Of a stretch of 64,000 bases of DNA, positions 25,026 to 37,457 are shown in pieces. The stretch spans positions 16,554,001 through 16,618,000 of the forward strand of contig NC_043021.1 of NCBI RefSeq assembly GCF_006345805.1, read 5' to 3'. A program made the position numbers and the translations under genes. The notes under the pieces were generated by a model. That model did no database searches, was not told the DNA's origin, and worked only from the letters and a program-made list of their open reading frames with translations. Position 1 is the first letter of the stretch. Every line of letters begins with the position of its first letter. This DNA is from Octopus sinensis (Eukaryota).

Positions 25026-27453
25026 ATATGTAAGTATATATATATACTACACTCTCAGAGTGTATATAATCTTAATTATATATATATGTGTGTGTGTATG
25101 TGTGTGTGTATGTATGTATGTGTTAATATGTAAATATATATATATATATTTATATATTACGCTCTCAGAGTGGTTGGCGTTAGGAAGGGCATCCAGCTGT
25201 AGAAACTCTGCCAGATCTGGTTCGCCAGCCCTCAGTCAAAATCGTCCAACCCATGCAAGCATGGAAAGCGGACATTAAACGATGATGATGATGATATATA
25301 TATATATATATATATATCTTTCTCTTTTCCTCTTTTACTTGTTTCAGTCATTTGACTGCGGCCATGCTGGAGCACCGCCTTTAGTCGAGCAAATTGACCC
25401 CAGGATTTATTCTTTGTAAGCCTAGTACTTATTCTATCAATCTCTTTTGCCGAACTGCTAAGTTACGGAGACGTAAACACACCAGCATTGGTTGTCAAGC
25501 GATGTTGTGGGGGGGGGGGACAAACACACACACACATATATACATATATATGACGGGCTTCTTTCAGTTTCCATCTATCAAATCCACTCACAAGGCTTTG
25601 GTCAGCCCGAGGCTATAGTAGAAGATACTTGCCCAAGGTGCCACGCAGTGGGACTGAACCCGGAACCATGTGGTTGGTAAGCAAGCTACTTAACCACACA
25701 ACCACTCTCGCGCCATGTATATCTTTTATTTGTTTCAGTTATTTGACTGTGGCCACGCTGGAGTACTGCCTTTAGTCGAACAAATTCACCCTAGGACTTA
25801 TTCTTTGTCACCTAGTACTTATCCTATCAGTCTCTTTTGCCAAACCGCTAAGTTAACGGGGAACTGAACATACCAACATCAGTCGTCAAGCAATGATGTG
25901 GGGAACAAACCAACATTTACACGCACACATACACACACATATATATATATATATATCGAGTGAAAAACGGGATGGAAGCTTCGATTTTGTGTTGGTGCCC
26001 CACTATCGTACGCGACTATGAGGATTTGCATCCCCAACGTAAAACTTATAATGTAATACATGTCCTTGAAGTAGTAATTATACGCAGCTGAAGAAGGCTA
26101 TAGACACACATTTACATCAATTATGCATTGTTATAAAACCGTCTAATAAAGGCCCAAAACATATGTACCGCTAAATCCTTTGCATCATGTTTTTATTTTG
26201 ATTAATATATATATATATATATATATGGAGGCGCAATGGCCTAGTGGTTAGGGCAGCGGACTTGCGGTCGGAGGATCGCGGTTTCGATTCCCAGACCGGG
26301 CGTTGTGTGTGTTTATTGAGCGAAAAAACACCTAAAAGCTCCACGAGGCTCCGGCAGGAGGTGGTGATCCCTGCTGTACTCTTTCACCACTCTAAAGGTG
26401 GTGCTCCAGCATGGCCGCAGTCAAATGACTGAAACAAGTACAAAAAAAAAAAAAATATATACATACATACGATGGGCTTCTTTCAGTTTCCATCTACCAA
26501 ATCCACTCACAAGGCTTTGGTCGGCCCGAGGCTATAGTAGAAGACACTTGCCCGAGGTGCCATGCAGTGGGACTGAACCCGGAACCACAAGGTTCGTAAG
26601 CAAGCTACTTACCACGCAGCCACTCCCACGCCTGCTCGTGAAATTAACATGCGAGCGGTTGAACATTCCACAGACATGCATACCTTTAACGTAAAAGGGA
26701 GTCCTGAAAGTTCCTGGCCAAGCCTGGCTATAAAAATGGATTATATTATGAAGTTCTTCATTTTTCTTATTTGATTGTTTTTGCAGTGTTGTATTTCAAG
26801 AGATTTTACCCTGCGCATACTCTTTTACTTGTTTCAGTCATTTGACTGCGGCCATGCTGGAGTACCGCCTTTAGTCAAGCAAATCGACCCCGGGACTTAT
26901 TCTTTGTAAGCCCAGTACTTATTCTATCAGTCTCTTTTGCCAAACCGCTAAGTGACAGGGACATAAACACACCAGCATCGGTTGTCAAGCAATGCTAGGG
27001 GGACAAACACACACACACGCATATATATATACATATACATATATGCGACGGGCTTCTTTCAGTTTCCGTCTACTAAATCCACTCACAAGTCATTGGTCGG
27101 CCCGGGGCTATAGCAGAAGACACTTGCCCAAGATTCCACGCAGTGGGACTGAACCCGGAACCATGTGGTTAGTTAGCAAGCTACTTACCACACAGCCACT
27201 CCTGCGCCTTGCATGGGTCAGACAGAATTCATTGAGGTGTATCGTCTACGGCTGGATGCCCTTCCTGTCACTAATCCTCACTTGTTTCCAAGCAAGGTAA
27301 TATTTCCCTGTAACCAGACAGGTTTCCACAAATGACTGTAAATGAACGACACTGCCTGTATGACAGTGACACTCATTTACAACTATCACATGTGTACACT
27401 GAGTTCTAACACACACACATATTCAAGCATATATCATCATCATCATCGTTTAA

Positions 27454-27673
27454 CCCTTTAGTGTTTAAACCGGCTATATCCGGCCCATATATTCTACTCA
27501 TTTTATGCTCAAACTGGCCAGAACCAGTATCTCACACCTACCCTGCAATGTCATTCTAAAAATAAACAATTACATCTTTCAAATCTTGATGCTACAAGAT
27601 AATACCAGATAAATTTTTTTAAATGTGAATAAATAAGGATTACTTCTGACATATTAATTTGAACACTTAAGGG
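27454..27673. mobile_element. piggyBac-like MITE (second family) inserted at the TTAA of an RTE-tail CATCGTTTAAC motif
   Basis: TTAA|CCCTTTAGTGTT...AACACTTAAGGG|TTAA. Confidence 0.75.
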
Positions 27674-30157
27674 TTAACACAGTGCTTCTCAAACGACCTG
27701 ATGTGGCATACCAGCAGTTTTTTTTTACCAGTGTGCCAGGGACCGGTAATATTTGTTAGTAATATTAACTTATACCGAAAACAATATATATAATGAATAT
27801 GATAAAAGTTCATTATTTACATTTGACAGATATTTGCCCTCATCTTGTTTGTTGTTAACACAGAATTTTGGCTGATATATCCTCCAAACAAGACGAGGAC
27901 AAATATCTGTCAAATGTATATAATTCCTCATCTCTTAAATACAGAACTGTATCACAAAAGTTGACATTTAAAAAAAAAATCTTATGTTTATATTGTAAAC
28001 AAATATTACACAAGCATTTTATAATACTCTTTACTCTTTTACTTGTTTCAGTCATTTGACTGCGGCCATGCTGGAGCACCGACTTTAATCGAGCAACTCG
28101 ACCCCGGGACTTAATCTTTTGTAAGCCCAGTACTTATTCTATCGGTCTCTCTTTCCGAACCGCTAAGTAACGGGGACTTAAACACACCAGCATCGGTTGT
28201 CAAGCAATGCTAGGGGGACAAACACATACACACAAACACGCATATATATACGATGGGCTTCTTTCAGTTTCTTTCTTCTCTGGAAACTCACTGTGTACCA
28301 GCAGCTGATGGCTCGCAGACTGGCACCGGTCTGCAGACCACGACTGAGTAGCACTGGTTTAACCCTAACCCTACTCCTCCCATGTTGGCATGGATTGGAT
28401 GGTTTGACAGGAGCTGGCCAGGTAGAAGACTACACCAGACTTCTGTGTCTATTTTGACATGGTTTCTATGGCTGGACGCCCTTCCTAACACCAACCACTT
28501 TACAGAGTGGGCTGGGTGCTTTTTATATGGCACTTACACATATCATCATCATCGTTTAACGTCCGTTTTCCGTGCTAGCATGGGTTGGACAGTTCGATCG
28601 GGGTCTGGGAAGCCAGGAGGCTGCACCAGGCTCCAGTCTGATCTGGCAGTGTTTCTACAGCTGGATGCCCTTCCTAACGCCAACCACTCCGTGAGTGTAG
28701 TGGGTGCTTTTTACGTGCCACCAGCACAGGTGCCAGACGAGACTGGCAAACGGCCACAATCGGATGGTGCTTTTTACGTGCCACTGGCACAGAAGCCAGT
28801 CAAGGCGGCGCTGGCATCGGCCACGTTCGGATGGGGCTTTTTACGTGCCACCGGCACAGAAGCCAGTCAAGGCGGCGCTGGCATCGGCCACGTTCGGATG
28901 GGGCTTTTTACGTGCCACCGGCACGGAAGCCAGTCAAGGCGGCACTGGCATTGGCCACATATGTGAAAGCTTTCTTTCAGTTTCTGTCTACAAAATCCAC
29001 TCGTAAATCTTTAGCTAGTCCAGGGCTTTAGTAGAAGACGCTTACCAACATGTGGGGCAATGGGACTGAACAGAAAACCAAGCAGGTGGGAAGTGAATTA
29101 CTACACAGACATGCTGGCACCTACTACAATTACAGTGCAAGGTGTTATGTATTTATAATATAATGGACAGAGTTATCACCTTTCACCGATGTTCACTAAT
29201 CTTTATATACTCTTTTACTCTTTTAGTTGTTTCAGTCATTTGACTGCGGCCATGCTGGAGCACCGCCTTTAATCGAGCAAATCAACCCCGGGACTTATTC
29301 TTTTGTAAGCCCAGTACTTATTCTATTGGTCTCTTTTGCCGCTAAGTGACGGGGACATAAACACACCAGCATCGGTTGTCAAGCAATGTTGGGGGGGGGG
29401 ACAACACAGACACACAAACACACACACGCATATATATATACATATATACGACGGGCTTCTTTCAGTTTCCGTCTACCAAATCCACTCACAAGGCTTTGGT
29501 CGGCTCGAGGCTATAGTAGAAGACACTTACCCAAGGTTCCACGCAATGGGACTGAACCCGGAACCATGTGGTTGGTTAGCAAGCTACTTACCACACAGCC
29601 ACTCCTGCGCCTTGATGATCATCATCTTTATATAATCATCATTCTTTAACATCCGTGTTCCATGCTTGCATGGGTTGAACGGTTTGACTGGAGACTGACA
29701 AGCCAGGAGGCCGCACCAGGCTCCAATCTGATCAGGCAGTGTTTCAACAGCTGGATGCCCTTCCTAACACCAACCACTCTGAGAGTGTAGTGAGTGCTTT
29801 TTACATACCACTGGCATTGGCCACATTCAGATAGTGCTTTTTATATGCCACCAGCAAAGGAACCAGTCAGAGCGGTGGGGGCTGGCACCAACCATGTTCC
29901 GATGGTACTTTTTATGTGCCACCAGTATGGGGAACCAGTCAGGTAGCACTGGCATCAGCCACAACTACAATTTCCATTTTGATCGAGATTCTGACCGTGA
30001 TTTTGGCTTTGATTTTACTTGATTCAATAGGTCTCCTCAACCCCGTTGTGCCACCCAACGATTCAAAGGTACCTTTTAAATGGTCTGGTTATGCGACACT
30101 GGTATAGGCTATGGCTGTGACACCTTATATATATATATATATATATATTTCATATAT

Positions 30158-30192
<35 letters not shown>

Positions 30193-31121
30193 TATATACA
30201 CACACATACACACACACACATACACACACATACACACACACACATACACACACATATATATATAAATATATATATACACACATATTTATATACACACACA
30301 CATATATATATTCTTTTCTTTTATTTGTTTCAATCATTTGACTGTGGCCATACTGGAGTACCACCTTTAGTCGAGCAAATCGACCCCAGGACTTATTCTT
30401 TGTAAGCCTAGTACTTATTCTATTGGTTTATTTTGCCAAACCGCTAAGTTACAGGGACGTAAACACACCAGCATCGGTTGTCAAGTGATGTTGGGGGGGA
30501 CAAACACAGACACACAAACATATACACACACATACATATATATGTATATATATATACATATATACGACGGGCTTTTTTCAGTTTCCGTCTACCAAATCCA
30601 CTCACAAGGCTTTGGTCGGCCCGAGGCTATAGTAGAAGACACTTGCCTGAGGTGCCACGCAGTGGGACTGAACCCGGAACCATGTGGTTCATAAGCAAGC
30701 TACTTACCACACAGCCACATATACATATATATTTCTCCATTTTCTGTTTACTTTAAATTTGATTCCTGATAAACCCATGTTTATCTTTGTCATCACCTGT
30801 ATCCTATGAGCATAACATGCTTGCATATATATGCCCAGGGTCAACATAGATAATTATACCAGTAGTATAATGGATACTTTTATCCTTCAGACGATTATTC
30901 CAACCTCTAACTCTACTACCTATATATATATATATATGTGCGGGTGGCACATAAAAAGCACCCACTACACTCATGGAGTGGTTGGCATTAGGAAGGGCAT
31001 CCAGCTGTAGAAACACTGCCAGATCAGACTGGGCCTGATGCAGCCTTCTGGCTTCCCAGACCCCAGTTGAACCGTCCAACCCATGCTAGCATGGAAAGAG
31101 GACGCTAAATGATGATGATGA

Positions 31122-31155
<34 letters not shown>

Positions 31156-31460
31156 TACACATGCAAGGTATGGATTGATCCAAAGCAATAGAAAATTACA
31201 TTTATCCAAGCTGCCATGCAGTGGCATTGAACCTGTGACCTTGTGATTGCAAAGCAAGCTTCTTAATCACTCTGCCATACCACACCCACACACGGCTTAT
31301 TTAAGACGCAGAATCATAAATAATTTCTTCGTGTGTAGTGACATTTCTACCTTCTACAGTTTCAGATACACATCACATCTGTTCTATATTTTGGAGATGA
31401 GGAATTCTTTACATTATTTACATTGGATGGATGTGTGTCCTCATCTTGTTTTGTTGTTAC

Positions 31461-31502
31461 CACGACGTTTCGGCTGATTTAGTCTGCAGCCTTCATCAGG
31501 TG
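31461..31502 (-). ncRNA. Minimal type I hammerhead ribozyme motif (Penelope-type), canonical core
   Basis: The minus strand reads CAC-CUGAUGA-A-GGCUG-(CAGACUAAAU)-CAGCC-GAAAC-GUC-GUG: intact core, 5-bp stem II, palindromic ACGU stem III, GUC triplet and 3-bp stem I. Confidence 0.75.
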
Positions 31503-31580
31503 TCCTGATAGAATTTTGAACACAACCTGGGTTCTCATTCCTAAGGTTTTTTTTTTTTGCTGATATCATAATTATTATTA

Positions 31581-31860
31581 CTAGCAGTATCGCCCGGCGT
31601 TGCTCGGGTTTGTAAGGGAAATAACTATATAAGCATTTTTAGAGAGTTACTTCCCTTATATAATAGCAAAAAAATGGAAAAAGGTTATGGTAAATTTTTT
31701 TTTAAATCGTAGACTCATGCTAATACCCAGCAGGGCTCGATCTGAATCACGACTATAAGATACTCGCTTTTGGTTAAACTGCACCGCAAAATGTGGGAGT
31801 AGTTAGGAATCTAAATCGTAGGAGACAGACACCACACAACCTCACTTTTATATATAGAGA
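31581..31860 (-). mobile_element. Non-autonomous Helitron, internally deleted copy of the 4197-4700 family
   Basis: Same termini on the minus strand (A|TC...hairpin...CTAG|T). Confidence 0.85.
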
Positions 31861-33466
31861 TTACTACTACTACTACTACTACTCATTAACAGGTTTCTGC
31901 TTTCAGCTGCTGCCTCATTAAGTGTTGTGAATAACACCTTCATGAGTGTGAACATTTTCAAACCTTGTTGGAATTTATTTTTATCATCATACAATAATTG
32001 TTCGTTCGTCGTTTCACTTAGCGTCCGCTTTCCATGCTAGCATGGGTTGGACGGTTCGACCGGGGTCTGGGAAGCCAGAAGGCTGCACCAGGCCCAGTCT
32101 GATCTGGCAGTGTTTCTACGGCTGGATGCCCTTCCTAACGCCAACCACTCTGTGAGTGTAGTTGGTGCTTTTTACGTGCCAGACGAGGCTGGCAAACGGC
32201 CACGATCGGATGGTGCTTTTTACGTGCCACCGACACGAGGCCAGTCAGGGCAGCGCTGGCAATAATAATAATGATCCTTTCTTCTATAGGCATAAGGCCT
32301 GAAACTTGTTGGGGAGGGGACTAGTGGAATACAGCACTTGACTGGTACTTATTTCATCAACCCCTGAAAGGATGAAAGGCAAAAATCAACCTTGGCAGAA
32401 TTTGAACTCAGAACGTAGCGACAGACAAAATACAGTTAAGCATTTCTCCTAATGTGCTAACGATTCTGCCACGTTGCTGTCTTAATGATAATGATAACAA
32501 CAACAATAATAATGATTTCAAATGTTTTCCACGAGGGCAGTTCGGGGAAGGGGATCAAGTCAATTATATTGAAACCAAACTAAGCAACAAGGGCGTGGAT
32601 TTGGTTTCAAATTTCAAGCAGGGTGTCAAGCTAGATCCCTATATATGTATGTATTTATGTGTTTTGTCACCACCACCCTCCAACATCGCTTGGCAATGCG
32701 TTTATATCACCGTAACTTAGCAGGTCGGCAAAAGAGGCCGATGGAACAAGTGCTAGGCTTACAAAGAACAAGTCCTGGGGCTGATTTCCTCGACTAAAAC
32801 CTTTTAAGGGGGACGCTCCATGGCCACAGTCAAATGACAGAAACAAGTAAAAGAATAAAAGGGTATATATATATGTGTGTGTGTATGTATGTATACAAAC
32901 CAGGGACGTACTGCCTTCGTAGACAAGGTTAGCAGAGCCTACTTTGAATAAAATGGATCGATAGCAACATTTTCCTTTTTTGGCAAAATATGCACCTAAT
33001 TCCATAGAATTATGAAGGTTACTCTGATTACTATGCATAAAATGCAATACATATATATATATATATATGAGTGGCTGTGTGGTATGTAGCTTGCTTACGA
33101 ACCACATGGTTCCGGGTTCAGTCCCACTGCGTGGCACCTTGACCAAGTGTATTCTACTATAGCCTCGGGCTGACCAAAGCTTTGTGAGTGGATTTGGTAG
33201 ACGGAAACTGAAAGAAGCCCGTCGTATATATGTATATATATATGTATGTGTGTGTGTATATGTTAGTGTGCCTGTGTTTGTCCCCCCCCCAACATCGCTT
33301 GACAACCGATGCTGGTGTGTTTACATCCCCGTAACTTAGCGGTTCGGCAAAAGAGACCGATAGAACAAGTACCAGGCTTACAAAGAATAAGTCTTGGGGT
33401 CGATTTGCTCAACTAAAGTGGTGGTGTTCTCATGGCCACAGCCATATGACTGAAACAAGTAAAAGA

Positions 33467-33505
<39 letters not shown>

Positions 33506-33509
<4 letters not shown>

Positions 33510-34643
33510 AGATTAGGTGGGCATAATTCGCCCCTGCTTTTCAATCTCGGTATTTAAGTTATACTGGCAGCAAGCTTGCAGAATCGTTAGCACGCCGGGC
33601 GAAATGCTTAGCGGTATTTCGTCTGCCGTTACGTTCTGAGTTCAAATTCCGCCGAGGTCGACTTTGCCTTTCATCCTTTCGGGGTCGATAAATTAAGTAC
33701 CAGTTACGCTCTGGGGTCGATGTAATCGACTTAATCCGTTTGTCTGTCCTTGTTTGTCCCCTCTATGTTTAGCCCCTTGTGGGTAGTAAAGAAATAGGTA
33801 TTTAAGTTATGCATAGTACTGCTGTAGTAAACGTGCTGCGTACATTCCTACAAGCCCCGCTTTCTTTACGTGTTATAAAAGCAGAAATAAATCTGCCTTC
33901 AACTCAGTCGCGTGCCTGTGTCTCGCTTATATTTTTTGTGTTTTACCACTTAAAGGTCGCCGAGAGCCGCCGACCCTGAGTAATTACTGACAGCACGTGC
34001 CAGACACAAACGCACATAGTTCCACCCCCACCACCCCCTCCCTCCATACATTTTTGAAACAGAGAAGAGTGAGGATCCGCTTCTGGTTAAGCAGTATAAT
34101 TGAGTTTGAGAGCAATGACATAATAAATGTACTGTTAGAACGTTGTTTATGCGGTAGCGAGCAGGCGGACTCTTAAAATGCTGTTCGCGATATGGTAAAC
34201 ACTCGTAAACAAGCATCGATTTTCCTTCCACCTCAGGCTTACATCAGAGTGTGTAGATTCCATGCGTTTCTCTAGAATTTCTTCTGCCCTCCATGTGAAA
34301 TCAAACGTCTTCTGACATCTGTCCGTTATATGGAAGGAAACTGAATACATACCGACCGTGCGCGCCGCGCGAATATGTGTATGTGTATTGGGTGGTTGGG
34401 TGAATGGTATAATGATTGTCTACTTTGAAAGATTCGCTGCTGATCCACAATTAGTAACTATTGTTCAGTCGGTATTTTTAGTATATTCAAGAGACACCGA
34501 CAAAATAAAGCACATGCGTGTATGTGTGCGAGGGAGTGTGCATGCAACGGAGAGAGAGAGAGAGAAAGAATAAGAGAGAATTAGTGAATAATTATGTATG
34601 TATTCGTGGTTTGTTTATTCCTCTCACAACCAACACTTCAACA

Positions 34644-34682
<39 letters not shown>

Positions 34683-35858
34683 TGTAGATTAGGTGGGCAT
34701 AATTCGCCCCTGCTTTTCAATCTCGGTATTTAAGTTATACTGGCAGCAAGCTTGCAGAATCGTTAGCACGCCGGGCGAAATGCTTAGCGGTATTTCGTCT
34801 GCCGTTACGTTCTGAGTTCAAATTCCGCCGAGGTCGACTTTGCCTTTCATCCTTTCGGGGTCGATAAATTAAGTACCAGTTACGCTCTGGGATCGATGTA
34901 ATCGACTTAATCCGTTTGTCTGTCCTTGTTTGTCCTCTCTATGTTTAGCCCCTGTGGGTAGTAAAGAAATAGGTATTTAAGTTATGCATAGTACTGCTGT
35001 AGTAAACGTGCTGCGTACATTCCTACAAGCCCCGCTTTCTTTACGTGTTATAAAAGCAGAAATAAATCTGCCTTCAACTCAGTCGCGTGCCTGTGTCTCG
35101 CTTATATTTTTTGTGTTTTACCACTTAAAGGTCGCCGGGAGCCGCCGACCCTGAGTAATTACTGACAGCACGTGCCAGACACAAACGCACATAGTTCCAC
35201 GCCCACCCCCCTCCATACATTTTTGAAACAGAGGAGAGTGAGAATCCGCTTCTGGTTAAGCAGTATATTTGAGTTTGAGAGCAATGACATAATAAATGTA
35301 CTGTTAGAACGTTGTTTATGCGGTAGCGAGCAGGCGGACTCTTAGAATGCTGTTCGCGATATGGTAAACACTCGTAAACAAGCATCGATTTTCCTTCCAC
35401 CTCAGGCTTACATCAGAGTGTGTAGATTCCATGCGTTTCTCTAGAATTTTTTCTGCCCTACATGTGAAATCAAACGTCTTCTGACATCTGTCCGTTATAT
35501 GGAAGGAAACTGAATACATACCGACCGTGAGCGCGCGCGAATATATGTGTGTGTATTGGGTGGGTGAGGTGGGGTGGATGCCACAATGATTGTCTACTTT
35601 GAAAGATTCGCTGCTGATCCACAATTAGTAGCTATTGTTCAGTCGGTATTTTTAGTATATTCAAGAGACACCGACAAAATAAAGCACATGCATATGTGTG
35701 TGTGTGTGTATGTGCGAGGGAGTGTGTATGTAACGGAGAGAGAGAGAGAGAAAGAATAAGAGAGAATTAGTGTATAATTATGTATGTATTCGGGATTTGT
35801 TTATTCCTCTCACAACCAACACTTCAACATGTGTGTGTGTATATATATATATATATAT
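33506..35858 (+). repeat. Tandem duplication of a ~1.18-kb segment
   Basis: TTGTAGATTAGGTGGGCATAA at 33506 and 34682 (period 1176). The copies differ by scattered substitutions and small indels. Confidence 0.92.
33563..33796 (+). mobile_element. SINE family B (GCTGGCAGAATCGTTAGC...GAGTTCAAATTCC...CCTTTCGGGGTCGATAAATTAAGTACCAG...GTAAAGAAATA). Other copies, approximate: 175-540, 8308-8537, 19387-19770, 22547-22765, 34740-34973, 55826-56236
   Basis: Repeated ~235-bp unit with a B-box-like GAGTTCAAATT. Often carries head-to-tail internal duplications. Confidence 0.8.
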
Positions 35859-36224
35859 TGTGTGTGTGTGACACACAAACGATGGAAGTCAATACGTGAC
35901 CGCGTTAGATCACTCTTAGAGTCAAGTGCTCAAGCAGTTCCAAGCAGTTCCTGTGGTAGAGTGGATAAAGTGTTGTACAGCGCTGGGCGGAGGTAGAGAA
36001 TGGAGATGACCAATAACCATCAGCACTTCTGATTTTTTCCTCCCCTTCTTTTATACGGACCAAACTTGCTACATTCTGTGTCGCACTGAATATCCCTGAG
36101 AACTACGTTAAGGGTACGCATGTCTGTAGAGTGCTCGGCCACTTGCGCGCTAATTCTACGAGCAAGCTGTTCCGTTGATCGGACAGACTGGAACCCTCAT
36201 TGTCGTAACTGACCGAGAGGCGAT

Positions 36225-36406
36225 TTTTTTTTCCTCCGTCTTCCCTTCTCTGGATCTTTCCTTTTCCTGTGTTTCTGACGAAGAGCTCCGCTCGAAACGT
36301 AAAACCCTCCTTCTTCCCTTCCTTCCTGAGCGTCCAATAATACTATATTTGTTCCACGTCCTCGCGTTGTTGTGTTTTCTCTTGGTGTTTTCATGTTTGG
36401 ATTAAC
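36225..36406 (+). mobile_element. About 185-bp hammerhead-bearing non-autonomous element (Penelope-LTR-like); homologous copies at about 54860-55036 (+) and about 48893-49060 (-)
   Basis: Three alignable copies, each with its 3' end abutting (TA)n. The 54902-54936 copy has CCGACGA; the 48977-49017 copy has an insertion in the core. Confidence 0.65.
36271..36305 (+). ncRNA. Minimal type I hammerhead ribozyme motif (Penelope-type)
   Basis: GUUU-CUGACGA-A-GAGC-UCC-GCUC-GAAAC-GUA-AAAC: intact core, stem I GUUU/AAAC, stem II GAGC/GCUC. Confidence 0.7.
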
Positions 36407-37260
36407 TTTTTAAAATATATATATATATATATATATTATACGAGTTTACTTTCTCCGAGAAGAAAGTTCTCACAAGAACTCGGGGTCCTTCACTCCCAGC
36501 AGTTTACATGCTAGTTACAACCCATAACTGGGGCCCTGACAGGCGCTACTATTTCAGTTCAGAGTAGAGCTGAACAGGGCTAAGATGTGATTCTATATTC
36601 CTAAAAACTCAAGGGTTCCCAAACCAGGACCACACTACTGGGTGCAGTTTAGAGTCTTAACCATACATGAGTATATATAAGAAAGAGAGAATACACATGA
36701 ATAATCGATTATTTTATGAACTTCATTAGCTTACAGCTGGTTCTGCCATAAGATACAGTGGACTCATAGTTGAGTGCTTGAGCAACACCTTACAGCTTCA
36801 TCAGAGCCTTGACTATGAACTGGGCTTTATATGTATATACATGAATGTATACACATACATGTAAATATGTATGTATGTAAGTCTATCTATCTGTCTATCC
36901 ATCTATCTATATGTGTGTGTATGTGTACATGCTCCATTAATATATATACTAGCTTATTAATATATACACATATATATTGTAATATATTAGTCACAGGCCA
37001 CCTCCAGTACTATCATCACCTTAAGCCTGTGACATCAGCTTTTCCTCCAGTTTTATCTGATGGAAGTTGATGCCACTAAAGATTTTTTGCCTTTTCTTGG
37101 AAATGGTTAGTCACATTTGCTAACCATTTTCAAGACCTCATTCACATCCTGTTCCATTAAGATTTGCCTGGGGACTCTCATAAGTCTAAGAACCCAGTTA
37201 TGATCTATTTATGTTGTAGTTTGCTGTCAATAAATGCTAGAGGGCTTAAGAGCCTATAGC

Positions 37261-37457
37261 AGCAAGTTGCGTACTACAAGGGTCAGTGTTTGGTTCCTTG
37301 TTGTTTGTTATCGACATTAAGGACTTGTCCAACTTTCCCAAATATTTTTGGTGTCATATAAACAAAGGAATGCTTACTAATCACTGGGGGCAAGCTGTTA
37401 ATGTAGATAACAAACAATAAGGGCCCAAGTACCGACCCTTGTAATACACAACCTGCT
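37261..37457. mobile_element. Two convergent CR1-type RT fragments (inverted pair)
   Basis: Plus 37271-37330 VLQGSVFGSLLFVIDIKDL; minus 37457-37335 VLQGSVLGPLLFVIYINSL...(D)DTKIF. Confidence 0.7.

Noticed and set aside
26227-26300. tRNA-like sequences (also at 51108 and 52630-52700)
   Set aside because: They have A and B boxes but no closing acceptor stem, and they continue into SINE bodies. They are SINE heads, not tRNA genes.
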